Source of the DNA: Marsupella aquatica
Taxonomy: Eukaryota > Plantae > Marchantiophyta
Length of the DNA: 64,000 bases
Reading direction: 5' to 3'
Assembly (NCBI GenBank): GCA_973895155.1
Contig: OZ316891.1
Location: 14,229,037 to 14,293,036 of the forward strand
Shown here: positions 1 to 13,904 of the stretch, piece after piece
How the letters are laid out: each line of letters starts with the position of its first letter
Numbering within the stretch: the first letter of the stretch is position 1
Made by a program: the position numbers and the translations under genes
The notes under the pieces: model-generated
Databases searched by the model: none
What the model was told of the DNA's origin: nothing
The model's input: the letters and a program-made list of their open reading frames with translations, nothing else

Positions 1-3000
1 AGTGACATTAAAGAAGAAGGAACGGCCAGATCATGAGCAGTCCTTGGACAGGATTTGCAAACGGTTGTGAGGCTTGATGGTGGTACAATTTTGCTAAGGT
101 CTCAGAATTATAATATGTCGTTGTGTGCATTCGACTAACTGAATTGATAACAAGAGCAAATCCCGAACAATTTCTAGGATTCTACGGAATCCTTACAGAA
201 ATAGTGAAATGCAGAAATCAATGATGCGTACTCAAAGTCTAAAGCACTAATATCCCTGATAAGAATTACTTTTTAGAATTTCAACATTTGTCAACGAGAA
301 AAATGAGTAGTGGATGTACAAAACGAATTGAGTGTAATTCTTCACTGACCCCCTGTCTGTTCAATTGATGGTGGATAGCAGACCTTGCCATTTGTTTTGT
401 TGAGGTCCCTTAAACAATCTCAATGGCTGAGATGATTCCTGTCTGTTTGGAGATTTGAGGATGGGATTTGGGGTCTTGATAGTCTTGATTTTATCTCTCA
501 ATTTTATCGCCTTTGAGAGACAGAAAATGACGTGAAAGATGGGATCCTCTGGACGCACTCAATCTTCTAGTAACATTTCGGCCACACTGTGAGGCGGATA
601 TCAGTAATGTCGTGATGGTCACAGCCTTGGGCAAGGTTAAAATCTGCCTATGCATGCTCAGAATATCCGAAGTAGTGGAGCTGAATGAAACATGTTCTGT
701 GCAACACACTGTCAAAGGCTACCAGGAAAGCTCACAAAAATAACCAAGTTATTGTGCAGACGAAAGGAGTCGAAGAGAATTGTCTAATCACATGCAATAG
801 AACTGCTTGAATCTCTCTAGTCCCGCTTTCAATCAACCGACAACAATCTTATAGACTTTGTCTTGATATTTGTTTCAAGACTCTACTAGAGCACTCCATA
901 AGGGAATGCCTTGATCAAACTAACCGTGTTGAAGATTTTGAGAAACCTCTGGCCTGAGCACTGCCATCCAATATGAAAGAAGCAAGCGAGTCGATGGAAG
1001 CTAGCGCAGCTGGGATCTCCTGAGATTTTGGAGCAAAGCAGAATCAGACAGTCATGTTCCGGGCGCAGTCAAAGATGTATACACGACCAAACAAATGTTG
1101 TGATTGAGAGACACAGCAAGTATGAGCTTCATCTGGGCCAACGATCTACTCCCTGTGTCCTAAAAGAAGGTTCAGCAAACCATGGTCAGGAAAGGAGACA
1201 TGCACACATATAAGTGAGTGGGAGTACAGAATACCTCCTATAGGGCAAAGTAAGTATTGAGAGAAAGAGTCTCAACAAGGAGCCAAACAATTCAAATCAG
1301 ATGAGATCAACTATGGCAAGGACATGGAAGCTTCTCGACTGGCCAAATATCAGAAACCCCTTCATCTTTCCAGATTCCTTTCATATTTCTCATCCTAACC
1401 GGGTAAGAAGTAAAAGAGGACTCACCCAAGGAGGGTCCTTGCTGCCACAATACCAAGACTTGGCGCTCCAGCCCACTCAAATTGCCAAAGCACTTCCAAA
1501 ACTAGAGCCTGCTCGCCCAACCCGTACTCTGATTAGCCCGAGAACTAAATCTGGTATACTCTAGTGGCATATAATTATCGTCGTGCAGATAAATGGTCCC
1601 CCAGTCGGTCACTTTTTCTTATAGACTGGTACATTCAGATGCGCTGGGATGCCAGAGCTCATGTACAAACACAAGGCAAATAATGAAGGCCTGCCATTTT
1701 CTAGAATTATATCATGGCTACCCAGTCCCAATGCTTGGTTCATTTGAGTGAACTCCAGTGGTCGTCCCTAGATTGGCCCCAAAAACCTAATTTCAACCGA
1801 AGCACTTTTGGCTACAGTTTTGAAACCTGGGTCGCATCAACGAATATTTACAACAAACTGGACTTCAGAAATAATCTGCAGCGCAAAGTAGTCGACAGCA
1901 AACAATTTGGCTCCACATTTGGTAGCCAAAGGCTCGGTCTCAGCCTCAGTAGTGAACTACCCTATTGACTGGAATGTCTATGCTCAATTTGTGAAATCAC
2001 AGGAAAGGCAAAAGAGTGAATTTGCGTTTGCCAGTACCATCTTGGCCTAGCCTGGCTACACCTAGCAGAGCTTGAGATCAAAGTGATCCGGGAAGCCCAG
2101 AAGTTTCTCACTCCCCAAAAAACCAAATAGATCCCCTATTGGACTGAGGGGAGGTTATAATGAAGACTCACGTAGTTGGCCCCAGACTGGTCCCGGGCTT
2201 GGTTTAAATGTTCCAAGTTGACGGTTCAAACTTGTTCCAATGACGTCAATTTTGGCCTAATCATTGAGCAATTGGATTCGACATACCCTTTAAAACCCCA
2301 GCATCTTTTATCTGCAGAGTATTAAGAAAGTTCTCTCAGCAAAGCAAGCTAATCTACTTCAAAGCTGAACCATGGACGCACGAAGAATCAATGTTTTTAT
2401 TCAGTGGGAAGAGCTGTATTTCTTACCCTCTGTGTGACCGTGTCCCGTTCTTTTGTCTATATCTTTGAAGCCCTTCGCCTTTGGCACATGGACTACTCTC
2501 TAGGAAACCTTTCTTTTACAAAAGAATTTTGTAATGCAAAGTTTTGTCATGTTACGTTACTATCAGTAGAGAAGGATCGGCCAGGATCCCAACTTGATCA
2601 CGTGAGGGTAGTTTGGTAATTTTTCAGAAATGTGAAAAATGCTTTGATAGATTCCCGCAGAAGAAATTAACCAGGTGGATGGGGTTTGGTAAAAGTCTGT
2701 CCCACCGATGAGAAAAAGAAGAGTGATCAAGGATTGATTGATGGAATGAATGATTAAATGACTCACTGAGAGAAGTAGTGGACTGGTGCCTTGGAGGCCA
2801 TACGATCCATCTCTTTGAGACCATTGCTGAAGATCCTGATCCTGCTTGCAGTCTCACACTCCAACCTCGTCCCCTCTAGCATTCAGCGATGAATTTGCCA
2901 GTGTGGTACAACTTTGATCTCGACTTTGATGACCCATTTTTGCAAACTCCATTAATACTGCCAATATCGAGGCAAAAGTATGGGTCCTTGGGATTGGCAG

Positions 3001-3261
3001 GGAAGACAAAGATAAAGATTTGAGGAGGGCAAATTATTGCTTCTTGGGCTGGGAATCACCACTCCACCAATGCATGTGGGCAAGAGTGGTCACCTGGCTG
3101 TCTGTTTGAAGGGGCAGAACACGCACATAAGCATTCATGTTTTTTCGCTGCCTTACCTACACAGTGCAACAAACTCCTCTCCTGTGCTCTATAGCAAATC
3201 GACCTGCTCCTGCTCAACCATGTGCTGATCCAAAAATCCAAGTCCAAAGCCAGGGTTAGCC

Positions 3262-3700
3262 GGTGCATTGGTAATCCCATGGGAGTCCTGGTTATTGTGA
3301 TACAATATAATTGGAGAGATGGGGAATCCTTTCTTGACAGCAGCAAGCATTGATAGCAGCAAGCACTTGTAATCCCATGGGAGACTAGATGTTTTGCTAC
3401 AATATGATTGGAGTGATGGGGAATCCTTCCTTGACACCAGCACGCATTGGTAATCCCACGGGAGTCCTGGCTATTCTTATACAATATGATTGGAGAGATG
3501 GGGAATCCTTTCTTGATAGCAAATTTGACAGCAACAAGCATTGGTAATCCCATAGGAGACTGGCTGTTCTGCTACAATATAATTGGAGAGATGGGGAATC
3601 CTTCCTTGACACCAGCACGCATAGGTAATCCTTTGGGAGACTGACTGTTCTGCTACAATATCATTGGGGAGATCGGGAATCCTTCCTTGACACCAGCACT
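3262..3700. repeat. Degenerate tandem minisatellite, about 5 units of ~80-100 bp
   Basis: Recurring gcattggtaatcccatgggag...tacaatat(a/g)attggagagatggggaatcctt(t/c)cttgaca, with units starting near 3265, 3365, 3445, 3538 and 3618. Confidence 0.85.
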
Positions 3701-6700
3701 GCACGGGAAAGACACGAGCAAGGTAGGGATGTGTACACAAAGCACTATCCAAGTGGGCCAGACTACCCAATTGGTGACTGGACCCCAGGATCCTTTGCAA
3801 CAATATTACTTTCCTGGAGGCAGCCTGGAAAATTGTTACCTCTGGGAGCTTATCCACAAAATCCTGCCATTAGAGCATTGGAGGATCCATAGTTGCCCTT
3901 CCATGACAAATACACCTGGTGTACTGGCTCGAAGACATCATACATTGCATTTGATTGCATTATTTTGGATTTGCCGGTCTCTGGGTTGATATGGAATTGG
4001 GCCCAGTACAACCTCAGTTTGGAATCACCCACTAGTCCTGGGAGTTTCAGTCTACAACCCATACAGATCTTCATGGCCGACCACTACCTGAGTAGTGAGA
4101 TGTCCCTGAGAAGTTGTGGGCCATTGCATGCTGGAATATCTGGAAAGACTATAATTATCACTTCCTTGAGCACACTAGGTCCAATGCACCAACTGTCATT
4201 GGGAAATCCTAGCAATGGGTGGGAGTTTATCTGAGGAAGGATTGGGCCAAACATCATCTTAGAATCTAGACAGGAAACTAGAGTGTGGAGGAGGCCTATC
4301 TTGATATGTGTTCTGACTATGGGGCATATGTAGATCTGTGGGAAGTTCACATGGACAGATTGCAAGTCCCACCACATCCATCATGAATTCAGTTCTCAAA
4401 GGCATAGATGCCTCAATGCATCCCAGGCCAATAGTAAAGTAACTACATCAACACACCCATTGGATGAAACCTCATCAGTACCTGAGCATTGGCCAGTCTT
4501 TTGGAGTTTGCTTCTCCTGTTATGGTAGTTAAATAGCTTGTTTAATTTGGCTGTCTTTCTTTGGACAACTTGACATGTGTCCTTGTGAACCCCCCCCCCC
4601 CCCCCTCCCCCCCACCCCCCACCAGAAGAGGTATTGTTAGGCACTTCTAACCTTTGGTCCCCCAGGTGTTCCTCTTTGGGCCACACAGTTGTATGTTGTC
4701 TTTGTGAATGGAATTCAAAATGGTAATTGAAGGCAAGAAACAATATCCTCTCCTCTTCTCTGCCAGCAGCACAAGCCAGATATATGGACTCGGTGTTAAA
4801 TCTTAGTGGATAATAGCAATAGAAAGCTACTCTTGCCTGTTGTCGAGAGTGGAGCCTTCATACAATGACTTTGGGATGTAAATGAAGTTGGAGTTGCAAA
4901 TGGAAAACCTGACTTGGGGCAAGGTGGGTCACTAAAAATCTTACTAATGAATAGTGATGGGAAGCTAGAGTTGGGATCTAGGCTTCTAGAGTGAAGCCTC
5001 GACCGTGACTGTAGGGCCCACCATGTGGATGGAAAGAACAATGCCATATGAGGTATGTCAAATGATGATCTTTTTAATTGGAAGAATGAGCATTTGGGCT
5101 TGTGGTCACTAAAAATGGCCATTGGAAATCAATTGCCAAATCAGTGGACAGGCAACGGGCTTAAATATCCTCACCTTTATTTATGTTCAAAGTAGGGCAA
5201 TTATGCTCCTCTACATCTAATCCCTCCCATCATGATGAGACATATGCGGGGACATATGCATGTTTGGCAATACCAAATTCACTACCAAGTAGTGTCCTAT
5301 GAGATACCCTTGCCTTCCATTCTCCCCTGCCAACTCCACATATAAGACTCAAAGGGCAACCGGCACTTTATTGCCTGCCATTAATTAAAAGATTAATCTT
5401 TCTTATAGCCAATCTACCTTATAGCCAACATGCAATAATTATCTCCAAAATCTTGGTCTTACAACATTTTTATAAGCCAATCGCCTGCATTAGCCCCCTT
5501 TCATTTTGTTCCAGAAATTCACCTGCCATATTTCCTACACTCCACTATGAGTTGCATTAACATTTCAACCCACATCCACTTTGACCTGCTCCCATATTTC
5601 TTGTTGGTGTGGGGTGATATGTGATGATCCTTGATTGCACCTGCTTAGGTGTACAACCATGGAGACCATTTTCTATGCATGATGTTTGTGTGAGACTGTA
5701 CTCCTTACATCCTACTAGGGTATTACATGAGGGTAGTTTATATCACACTGCCAAAGAACAAAAAGCTTCTAATTAGGAGACAAGATCTCAAAGACAGGAG
5801 ACCCAAAAGAGGGCGTAGAGTAATTGTCCAAGACTATTGCCAAAGTGATTGCAAACCTATCTTACCATGGTAAGGGAGGGCGATGGAATTTGGCTGACCT
5901 AGTGGTTGCCAACTCAGCACTTCAGGATCCATCAGCATTGCATTACCCAGGAGTACTACTCTGTTCATCCAGATTTACTTTTGGGGGATTGTTTAGTTCT
6001 GTTTGGGAATAACATTTTAAATATTGTTTTAAATGCCACTGAAGAAAAACCTCAGATAAACTCAACGGTTTGTAATATGTTTTCATTTGTCCAAAATTTC
6101 TTCAAACTATCCCCAAAAGTGGCCCAAATGTACAAATTTGATGACCCAACTTACAATTTCTGCACCCAATTTTTTTGATTAATTAATTAACATTTCACTT
6201 CAAATTAAACTAAAATTAGAATCCACTCGAAATTCGTGCCTTTTCTTTCCAACTTTACTTACCAGTAAATTTCAGTAGAAAATTCAAAGAGCAATTCAAT
6301 CTGGTACGATTGCATGGTATGGTGAAATGTAGGTCATGACTGCATGGAACGGTAGTGTGGTTAGACGATACGACAAATTACTGCTGCTACGGAAGGGATT
6401 TACTCTAAAGACTGCGATCATATATTATTGGGTACTTTTGGCCCTACAATCGAATCCTGTCGTTTGACATTTTCCTTTACTGTACTTTTGTGCTGCAATT
6501 TACAGTCGATGATGACTGAAATAGAAGCCCCAAAGGACCTCCGTGTTTATATAACACTAGCCAGAGGACTCTTACTTGAATGTAAACAGATAATAAAAAA
6601 TATATAATAAAATGTATGTACTATTTTGGCTAATCTTTGTCCCATCCTCTTGTTTTTTTTAATCCTTATTTCAATTTTGTAGAATCCTTATTTTAATTTT

Positions 6701-9396
6701 GTCTTTATTTATTTAGAGTCAATGTCATTTGTATCCATCCTTATTTAGAATTTTGACCTTATTGAACCTCATTATCAATTTTGTCTGTATTGGGTCACTC
6801 TCTAGAGTCTTCACTCTTGACCTAGACCCTTAAGAGTATACTTCAGTTAGAGATTTTATAGTAAGATTTAGATAGATAGAACTTTGTTTGTTGCGAGAGG
6901 GTTAGGAATTGATAAATTAGCGAACAGAAAGAATAGAGAACAAAGGTTTGAAAAAGGGCTTGGATCTCACACAACCCTGGTAGATACAACCAAACATTAA
7001 ATTATACTCGATTGCAGGATTTATCAATTTTTTTCTGAGTAGTTTGCTCTTGTTTAGTTACACTAGGATTTGTGCATATCCTAGTTCCCAAAGCCAAACT
7101 TTCTGTCCATGAGATTTTCTTTCCAGCGTGCCGCTTTTATACTTTTGGGAGCTTTATTAACAACAAGTGAGGTACACGCGCACACAAAGAAAGGTGAATT
7201 CCTGTAGGCCTTTTGAATGCAACATGCTCAGTATTAGAGAGATAAAGGACCAATTAACCAAAAAGGGCCAAACGTAGTAAGAACATTCATTATTAGACGT
7301 TAGGCTTCGGAATCTCCTTGCCTTTGTTGCGAAAGTGACCTGCGCCCCCCCCCCCCCTCCCCCACCCCCACCCCCCACACTATAAGGGGTGGCTGACAGT
7401 TGGGACTTCAGAAAGCGTGAAGGATTTCTACTGGAAGACGAGAATTCTGCTGTTGGGATATGAAATGGTTTGGAATCTTCCAAAATCTTTCTTTCCCGAA
7501 CAAATCTTCTCAACAAGAAGTCCAGTACTTTTTTCACTTTAAGGGGGGGAGAGGAGGGTTTGAGGTCTTTCAATTCTAGCTCAAGTTCCATGTGTCACTC
7601 TCCAGACTTGTAACCCTCCATCAAATCTCACTTTTCGTTTTGGCTGTCATAATTTCGTTGTCCCGGAAATGTTGAAGGTATTGAAGTCAAAATTGTTTAC
7701 ATCCCATTTTTAAGTCAAAGTCTGTGAAAATGTAAAAAATATTGGTCACTAAGGAGTATTGGTTTATCCTTTATATTGCAAGGTTAGATGGGTCAAATCT
7801 AGCATTTCTTGTTTAAGCTAAAATTCTTATCTGACGTACTCTCTTAGTCCAATCAATGGATAGGCACATGCTTGGAAAGATGAGACCTCTCAATCCCCCA
7901 ATCCGTAGTTTTGAAATTTCAATATCCAAAACTTTGTTAGCAAATGATATAAATGAATATAATACGGTTTCTGAAATCCTCCAAATTCAATTTTGAACAA
8001 GGGCATATAGCCATTTGAAAATTATGGTCCCATAGTATCTAAGTATCCAACATTGAGGTTGCATGACTATTGTCGAAGTGTTGCCATTCTGGCCGTGTCA
8101 TCTGTGCAGTCATGTTGTGGTTGCCAAGGTGTCCTAATTTTGGCTGGATGGGTGCCATTGCAGAAATATTACCATTTTGAATTGGTTGATGCACTGAACT
8201 TCTCACGAAACTCCTAAATTTGAGGACACCCCCCTGCACCTTTCCCTCAGGAAGAAAGAATCCAAGGTCTATGCATTTTTCAGGTGCCTTGGCAAGGATG
8301 CTTTGGTGAAATGGCACTCTAGTTTGCTTTGGTGAAAAAAGTCACTAGTGTTCCTGACTCATTGTAAGGCCACTCTAAGTGGAATTGACATTAGCCCAGA
8401 CCATATTTCTCATGCATTTTCCACATGTACCCTGACAAGGCCATTTCATTCATTTGACACTTAACAGGATGTAGGGCATGATCCTGTTGTCAATAACAGG
8501 TCAGTAAGAAGCTTTGTGCACCACAGACATGAGGGGAATATTGACATGCAAACATTAACCCAATGACTCAATGGTTAACAAAACTTTGTTGTTTTCTTTT
8601 TTAATTTTGACAGTGACTTGTGGCTAATCAAAGTCTTTTACAAGCAAAAAAATATTACATTACAACCCGCATTGCAGTAGCTGGAGGTGTAGTATGTCAA
8701 ACAAATAGCCCCTGAAACAGCCCTATGCAACGATTGAGATCCATTGTAGGCGGGATTCTAGGAGGTTTCATTGATCAGATGGCTCACATGCAGCAGAGTA
8801 TCCCAGCTCCCATTGTTGCTCAAACTTGCCAGTGAGAACCTGGTCTCCACACAAGACTTGATCGAGTGCAATTTTCTGTTGCTTCAGTACCCTGCATACT
8901 TGCTTGCTTCTGCAATGCACACACTTTCAAAGTTGAGGAGAATTGTATAGACTCCAGTTGGAACTTTGGTTCCTGGTTTGAAGTGCAAGAGTTACATTTT
9001 TAGTGTGTAACTGGTGGGGTACCCTATCAGGGAGGAAGCAAGGCCAATTGCCTGCATCAAAAGAAACTTGTCACTTTGAGCAATGGCAAGTCAGTTTACC
9101 AGGCAGTGGCTGGAGTTCTTGTTGAACAAAGAAAGGCCCTCACCCATAATACTAAAACTGGATGGTTTAGTATCGTTGGGGGATGTCGTGACATATAGTA
9201 TTGTAGCCAGTGTATCAAAAACATACAAGGCACCAACAATGCACATATGCAAGCTTCTAGCAACCAACATCCATAGAAAAAGTCTCATCACATTTACAAG
9301 TGCCAAGAAAAAGCAAATGAAGTGGTATGTACGTAGTGGAGGTGTAAACCTCTATATCCCCCCCAGACCACAACCAAAAGGAAGGCTGAAGAAAAT

Positions 9397-10700
9397 TCAG
9401 GTAGCACGTGGAGCACAGGAAGGGCAAAACCATAACCCTTCTAGCACTTGGGTAAGTTCAGGCCGAAGGCAGAAAAGATGGTACCCTCCATTGCAATTGT
9501 CACACAACAGCATCTGGTCAGCATCATCAATTTGCAAACACACTTTGCACGGGTAATCAACACTCAGGTGGGATCCAAGTAGAAGTGACAATGGTGGGAT
9601 CCAGGTTAGGCAGATGACAAGGGGTGCAATTCTTGGCATTGTCAGCAATTGTGCGCCCATCTGCCCCTTGTAACTCTAGCACTCCAGACGGTCAAATAGC
9701 CTTCACTCTAAGAATAGTACGACTGGTAGAGGTGTCCAGGGTGTCGATAGCTTGTCGCTGCAAGTACAAAAAATCTCCCACTTCAAACTTCCTGAACTTG
9801 GGCTGAAAAGTGCCCCCTCGTGTGTGTGCATAACGTAGTGTGTCCTTGTGCTGTGCAATGGCCAAATTCTCCATGGCCATGGGCATAACTCTCCTGAATA
9901 GGGCAGCTCTCTCAGAGATCACATCAGACCAAATCACAGCTGAATCCAAGTCCACCACCTGAAGCATGTGAGCAGCAATAGTAAAAGGTGGAACTGGGTG
10001 ACGACCAAACAACAAGAAGTAGGGAGAAAAGTTAGACAGTGATGCATGTCTAGACATCCTATACCCCATGGCAATGTAGGGTAAGGCCAGGTCCCAATCC
10101 TCCTTGTTTTGGGTGAGGCAAATCTTCTGGAGACCCTTCTTGCATGTCTGAACCATGCGCTCTGCCAAGCCATCTGCTTGTGGATGATCTCGTGACGTTT
10201 AGCGATGATCAATGAGGGCCTGATCAAGCAGCTCTTGGAACTCTCCTCTAAACTCTAAGCCCTGGTCAGTGAGACATTCTACACAAGCTCCAAAGTGGCT
10301 GAGAACTTGTTGCAATCCTGAATGCCTGGCTGGTGCTACGGGAGGTCTTATCCGGCAATGCCACAAGTTCTATCCACTTGGAGAAATGCTCTATCATGAT
10401 CATGATGTATAGATTACCCCGAGACGTGAGGGGTAATTCTCAAGCCAAATCACATGACCAGCGATAAAACATGCCCTGAATAGGGAGTGGATGAAGTGTG
10501 GGTTGCCGAGATGTGAAAGAAGTCCTCACCCTATCACATTGTTCACACCAGGCAATAACATCTCGAACCTGGCCATGCATGCCTCTCCAATGATAATGAG
10601 GGACCAAGATGCTGTAAGTCCTCTTAACGCCAAAATGACCAAGCTCAGAATGTACCTAGCTTACGGATAAGGCCAACCCTCTCATGAATGAGTGGAACCA
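9397..10700 (-). pseudogene. Gypsy integrase followed by a PHD finger
   Basis: HHCC zinc-binding and rve core segments, ORF 9692-10168, then a C4HC3 PHD in ORF 9397-9660. Confidence 0.88.
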
Positions 10701-10934
10701 CCACTTCCCTGTCTGGCAAGCAACGCACAAGACGATCTCCCTTCCACAAGTAACGCTAGGACCTTTGTTGAATTCAGTTTCTCTGGGTACGTTGCAGTAA
10801 CATGTATGAGGTACTCCCCATGCTGCAAAAATCTCAGAGTGTCGCTGTCCTCCCATATGTCCACCACAAGTTGGTAAAAAATGTAGCATGGCAGCAAAGC
10901 AAGATAGATAGATGCATGAAATGTAGGCATGATG

Positions 10935-11600
10935 GATACTAGATGCTGGTCAAATCCTTTGTTGTGGACCAACACATCATCAATGTAGCATTTCAAAAAC
11001 TCAGCACCTTGAAGAACCTAGTCCATGACTCTTTGAAAGAATATTGGCGCATTCTTCAATCCAAATGGCATCACCAACCACTCCCATAGTTGGTTACTAC
11101 CATGGAAAGTTGTTTTCTTGCGGTCATTTGCAAGCAGCAAAATCTGGTTAAAGCCTTGCGTTAGATCCACAAGAGTGAAGATGTTTGAGTCTCCAATGCT
11201 GTCAAATAGCTCCTCTGGCCGTGGCATGGGGTACCTGTCCTGGGGTGTGACCAGGTTCAGTGGCTTGTAGTCCCCACACATGCGCTTCTCTGTCCACGTA
11301 CAATCCCCTGGAATCCTTCTTTGCTGGCATCATTGTAGCTGCTGCAAAATCTGATGTAGATGGCTGAATAAGACCAGCTTCATAGAGCTCTTGGCACCTC
11401 TCATCCACCAGCTGCCACTCATGCTTACTCAAACGGTGTCTCCGCTTGAAGATAGGTGTTTCATCAGCCAACTCAATGGAGAACTGCATAGTCTTGCACT
11501 TACCCAAGTCCTTCATAGAGAAAGCAAACACATTCTCATGCTTGAGGAGAAAATTCAGCAGCTGGTCCTTCTGTACGTCTTTTACTCAGGTGCTTGCCCA
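10935..11600 (-). pseudogene. Gypsy reverse transcriptase, frameshifted
   Basis: ORFs 11202-11531, 11018-11281 and the start of 10682-10996 give successive RT motifs, broken by a frameshift and a stop. Confidence 0.9.
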
Positions 11601-12652
11601 TGATGAATGTGTAGTTGGCAACACTAGGAATAGGACTTGATGTACTCGTGCTTGAAGAGCCAGAAGTGCCAGCCTCTCCACTCTCCAAGCTGCTAGCATG
11701 TTGCTGATAAGGTGATGAGGCCTCTCCAAGGCCTGTTGTACCTGCTGATCTGGGTTGGTCCACACCATGAAACTCATAAATTTTGTCAGTCACGTTACAA
11801 GGGACCTCCTCCCCCCCCAACACTTGGACTGAAGCGATGAGTGTTGAATAGAGGTAAGTGCACCTCGTCTAGATGCCATGTAGCAGCACCATGGGGGGAT
11901 CTCTCCGTGACAGCAAATAGCAAACAGCAAACAGTAAACAGCAAACAGCAAAACTCATACCAGCAAATGTGCACCCAAAAAAAGACACCGAATGATAAGA
12001 AAATATTGTCACATATATTGGACCTGAAGCGGCCATTGAGTACATTTATACTAGCGTCGGGCGCTATAAGGAAAACATCCAAATCAAAACCTCTTTGAAC
12101 TACAGACTACAGTAATAGCGTCGAGCGCTACTCTAATCCGACACGTCACGGCGTTCTTATTTAATGTCGTCGTTCTCCATGAAGGGGTAAATAAAACAAG
12201 GAAAACTAAAGACCAGATCCACAACCACCACTTGACTCTGAGCCCAATTCAGAACCGCTACTTTCTGATCTATCAGTGGACTCTGCTTCGTCATCCACAT
12301 ACTTGGATTTTGCAATATCATCTACGAAGTGATTCTGCACAAACTTTCTATCTGAGCCTCTCTTGAGTCTAAGACCCTTACTCTCCCAAGTAAGCGTCCT
12401 GACTGAATCTGCCCGTCGTGCCGCCTTTTCAGCATAAGAGGGGAGAACAAATGGCTTCTCCGGGGTCTGTACAACGTTCCTAGAGACGTTCCTTTGAAGT
12501 TGAAAATGCCTCCAAAGATTCCACTCTGACCTGAGAATTTGAACTGGAGTTCTTTAGTCAAAGTCGGGAAATTGGGCGAATTTCTAGACAAAAGGGAGTA
12601 GAGGAGATTTTTGGAAAAAAGTATAAAATGAGAGAAAGAAAGCTAAAGAAAA

Positions 12653-12922
12653 TTACTCTTCTGACTCTTCATTGTCCTCATCTCCAGATCCAAGGTCCAC
12701 CACATTCTTCGACACCTCATCATCTTTAGATTGCTGAGAAGCATTGACACCCTCATCCTCGTCTTCCGAATCAAAATTTAGAATAGCACGGAGCCTGTCC
12801 AGCTTCTTACTTCCAGGAATCTTCTTACCGGAAGTATCAACAAACTCTGGCCAATTTTCCAGCCCAAGAACGAAGTGACCAGAATAATCTCCAGCCACAA
12901 ACGTACTACCGGAACCTACTGT
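12653..12922 (-). pseudogene. C-terminal part of the E1 methyltransferase-like gene (SAM-binding motif I half plus acidic tail)
   Basis: TVGSGSTFVAGDYSGHFVLGLE resembles FxGSGST..A...GR..IG.E of N4/N6 DNA methylases. It joins in frame to PGDIVMDW (31739 onward) once CACTA-1 and one TGT are removed. Confidence 0.85.
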
Positions 12923-12939
12923 CACTAGAAGAAAACAGG

Positions 12940-13830
12940 GCCCTTTATGACCAATCACCCAATGACAGAGATGAATAAATGACCAAAAGTTTTAATGACA
13001 CAAAAAGAATGACGGGGGAATGACTGTCCACAGTGACCAATAGACTGAAATGACAAAATGTTAATTTTTTCGTCATTTTGTATAATGTCTATAATGACTG
13101 ATGCGACCAAAATGACCCAATTTCCCTAAATGGTCAATTTAGACACATGTCTTAAATGACACAATTAATAACAACAATGATAAATCAGTGTTTAGCAACA
13201 TTATAGTCACTCTGGACAATGACTGAAATGACCAAAAATCTATTTGCATCATTTTGGACAACGGTGATAAATGACAAAAAATGTATTATCGTCATTTTAA
13301 CCAACGGTGTTAAATGACAAAATTTAGGGTCAATCTGAAAATGAGAATATATCAGTGTTTACAACAACATATTGTCATTATGGACTTCTGCCATAAATGA
13401 CTAACTCTAGGGTCAATCTTGAAATTAGGACATATTAGTGTTTACAAGAACATACCGTCATTATGGACTTCTCTCATAAATGACAAAATTTAGGGTCAAT
13501 CTGAAAATGAGAATATATCAGTGTTTACAACAACATATTGTCATTATGGACTTCTGCCATAAATGACTAACTCTAGGGTCAATCTTGAAATTAGGACATA
13601 TCAGTGTTTACAAGAACATACCGTCATTATGGACTTCTCTCATAAATGACTAACTCCACAGTCAATCTTGAATTAGGATATATCGGTGTTTTCAACAACA
13701 TACTGTCATTATGGACTTGTCGCATAAATGACTAAATATAGGGCAATCTAAAAATCAAGATATATCAATGTTTACAATAACATACAGTCATTATGGACTT
13801 ATTACATAAATGACTACTTATAGAGTCATT
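12940..13830. repeat. CACTA-1 left subterminal repeats (AAATGAC/GTCATT), including ~83-bp tandem units
   Basis: Dense atgac/gtcat motifs; atcagtgttt-type anchors at ~13351, 13434, 13518, 13600, 13682 and 13764. Confidence 0.88.
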
Positions 13831-13904
13831 AAAGAACCCAAGAGATATGAAGATTAAAATACTCAATAGTCATTCCAGACACCTATCATAATTGTAGAGT
13901 CATA

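Larger units (their letters stand above)
9397..11790 (-). mobile_element. Decayed Ty3/Gypsy LTR retrotransposon pol (RT, integrase, C-terminal PHD finger); 5' part and LTRs not found
   Basis: RT motifs FAFSMKDLG, MCGDYKPLN..TPQDRYPMP, MPFGLKNAP, CYIDD; integrase HSELGHFG..CEQC, EHFSKWIELV, AERMVQT, WDLALP..SPYFLLFGR; PHD CKVC..MLLCDNCNGGYHLFCL..WFCPSC. Several frameshifts and stops. Confidence 0.92.

Noticed and set aside
1-3250. Short ORFs, possible LINE or host gene remnant
   Set aside because: No recognisable motif in the frames I could read.
7290-8400. Possible non-autonomous DNA transposon
   Set aside because: Composition is suggestive but no TIR pair or TSD could be established.
8700-9390. 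Extra ORF or methyltransferase-like domain downstream of the Gypsy PHD
   Set aside because: No convincing motif; frames are interrupted.
11760-11825. Polypurine tract followed by TGTAAC on minus as the start of a 3' LTR
   Set aside because: The downstream sequence runs into the Gypsy pre-RT coding region and no second LTR copy was seen; an insertion junction fits better, though this is unproven.
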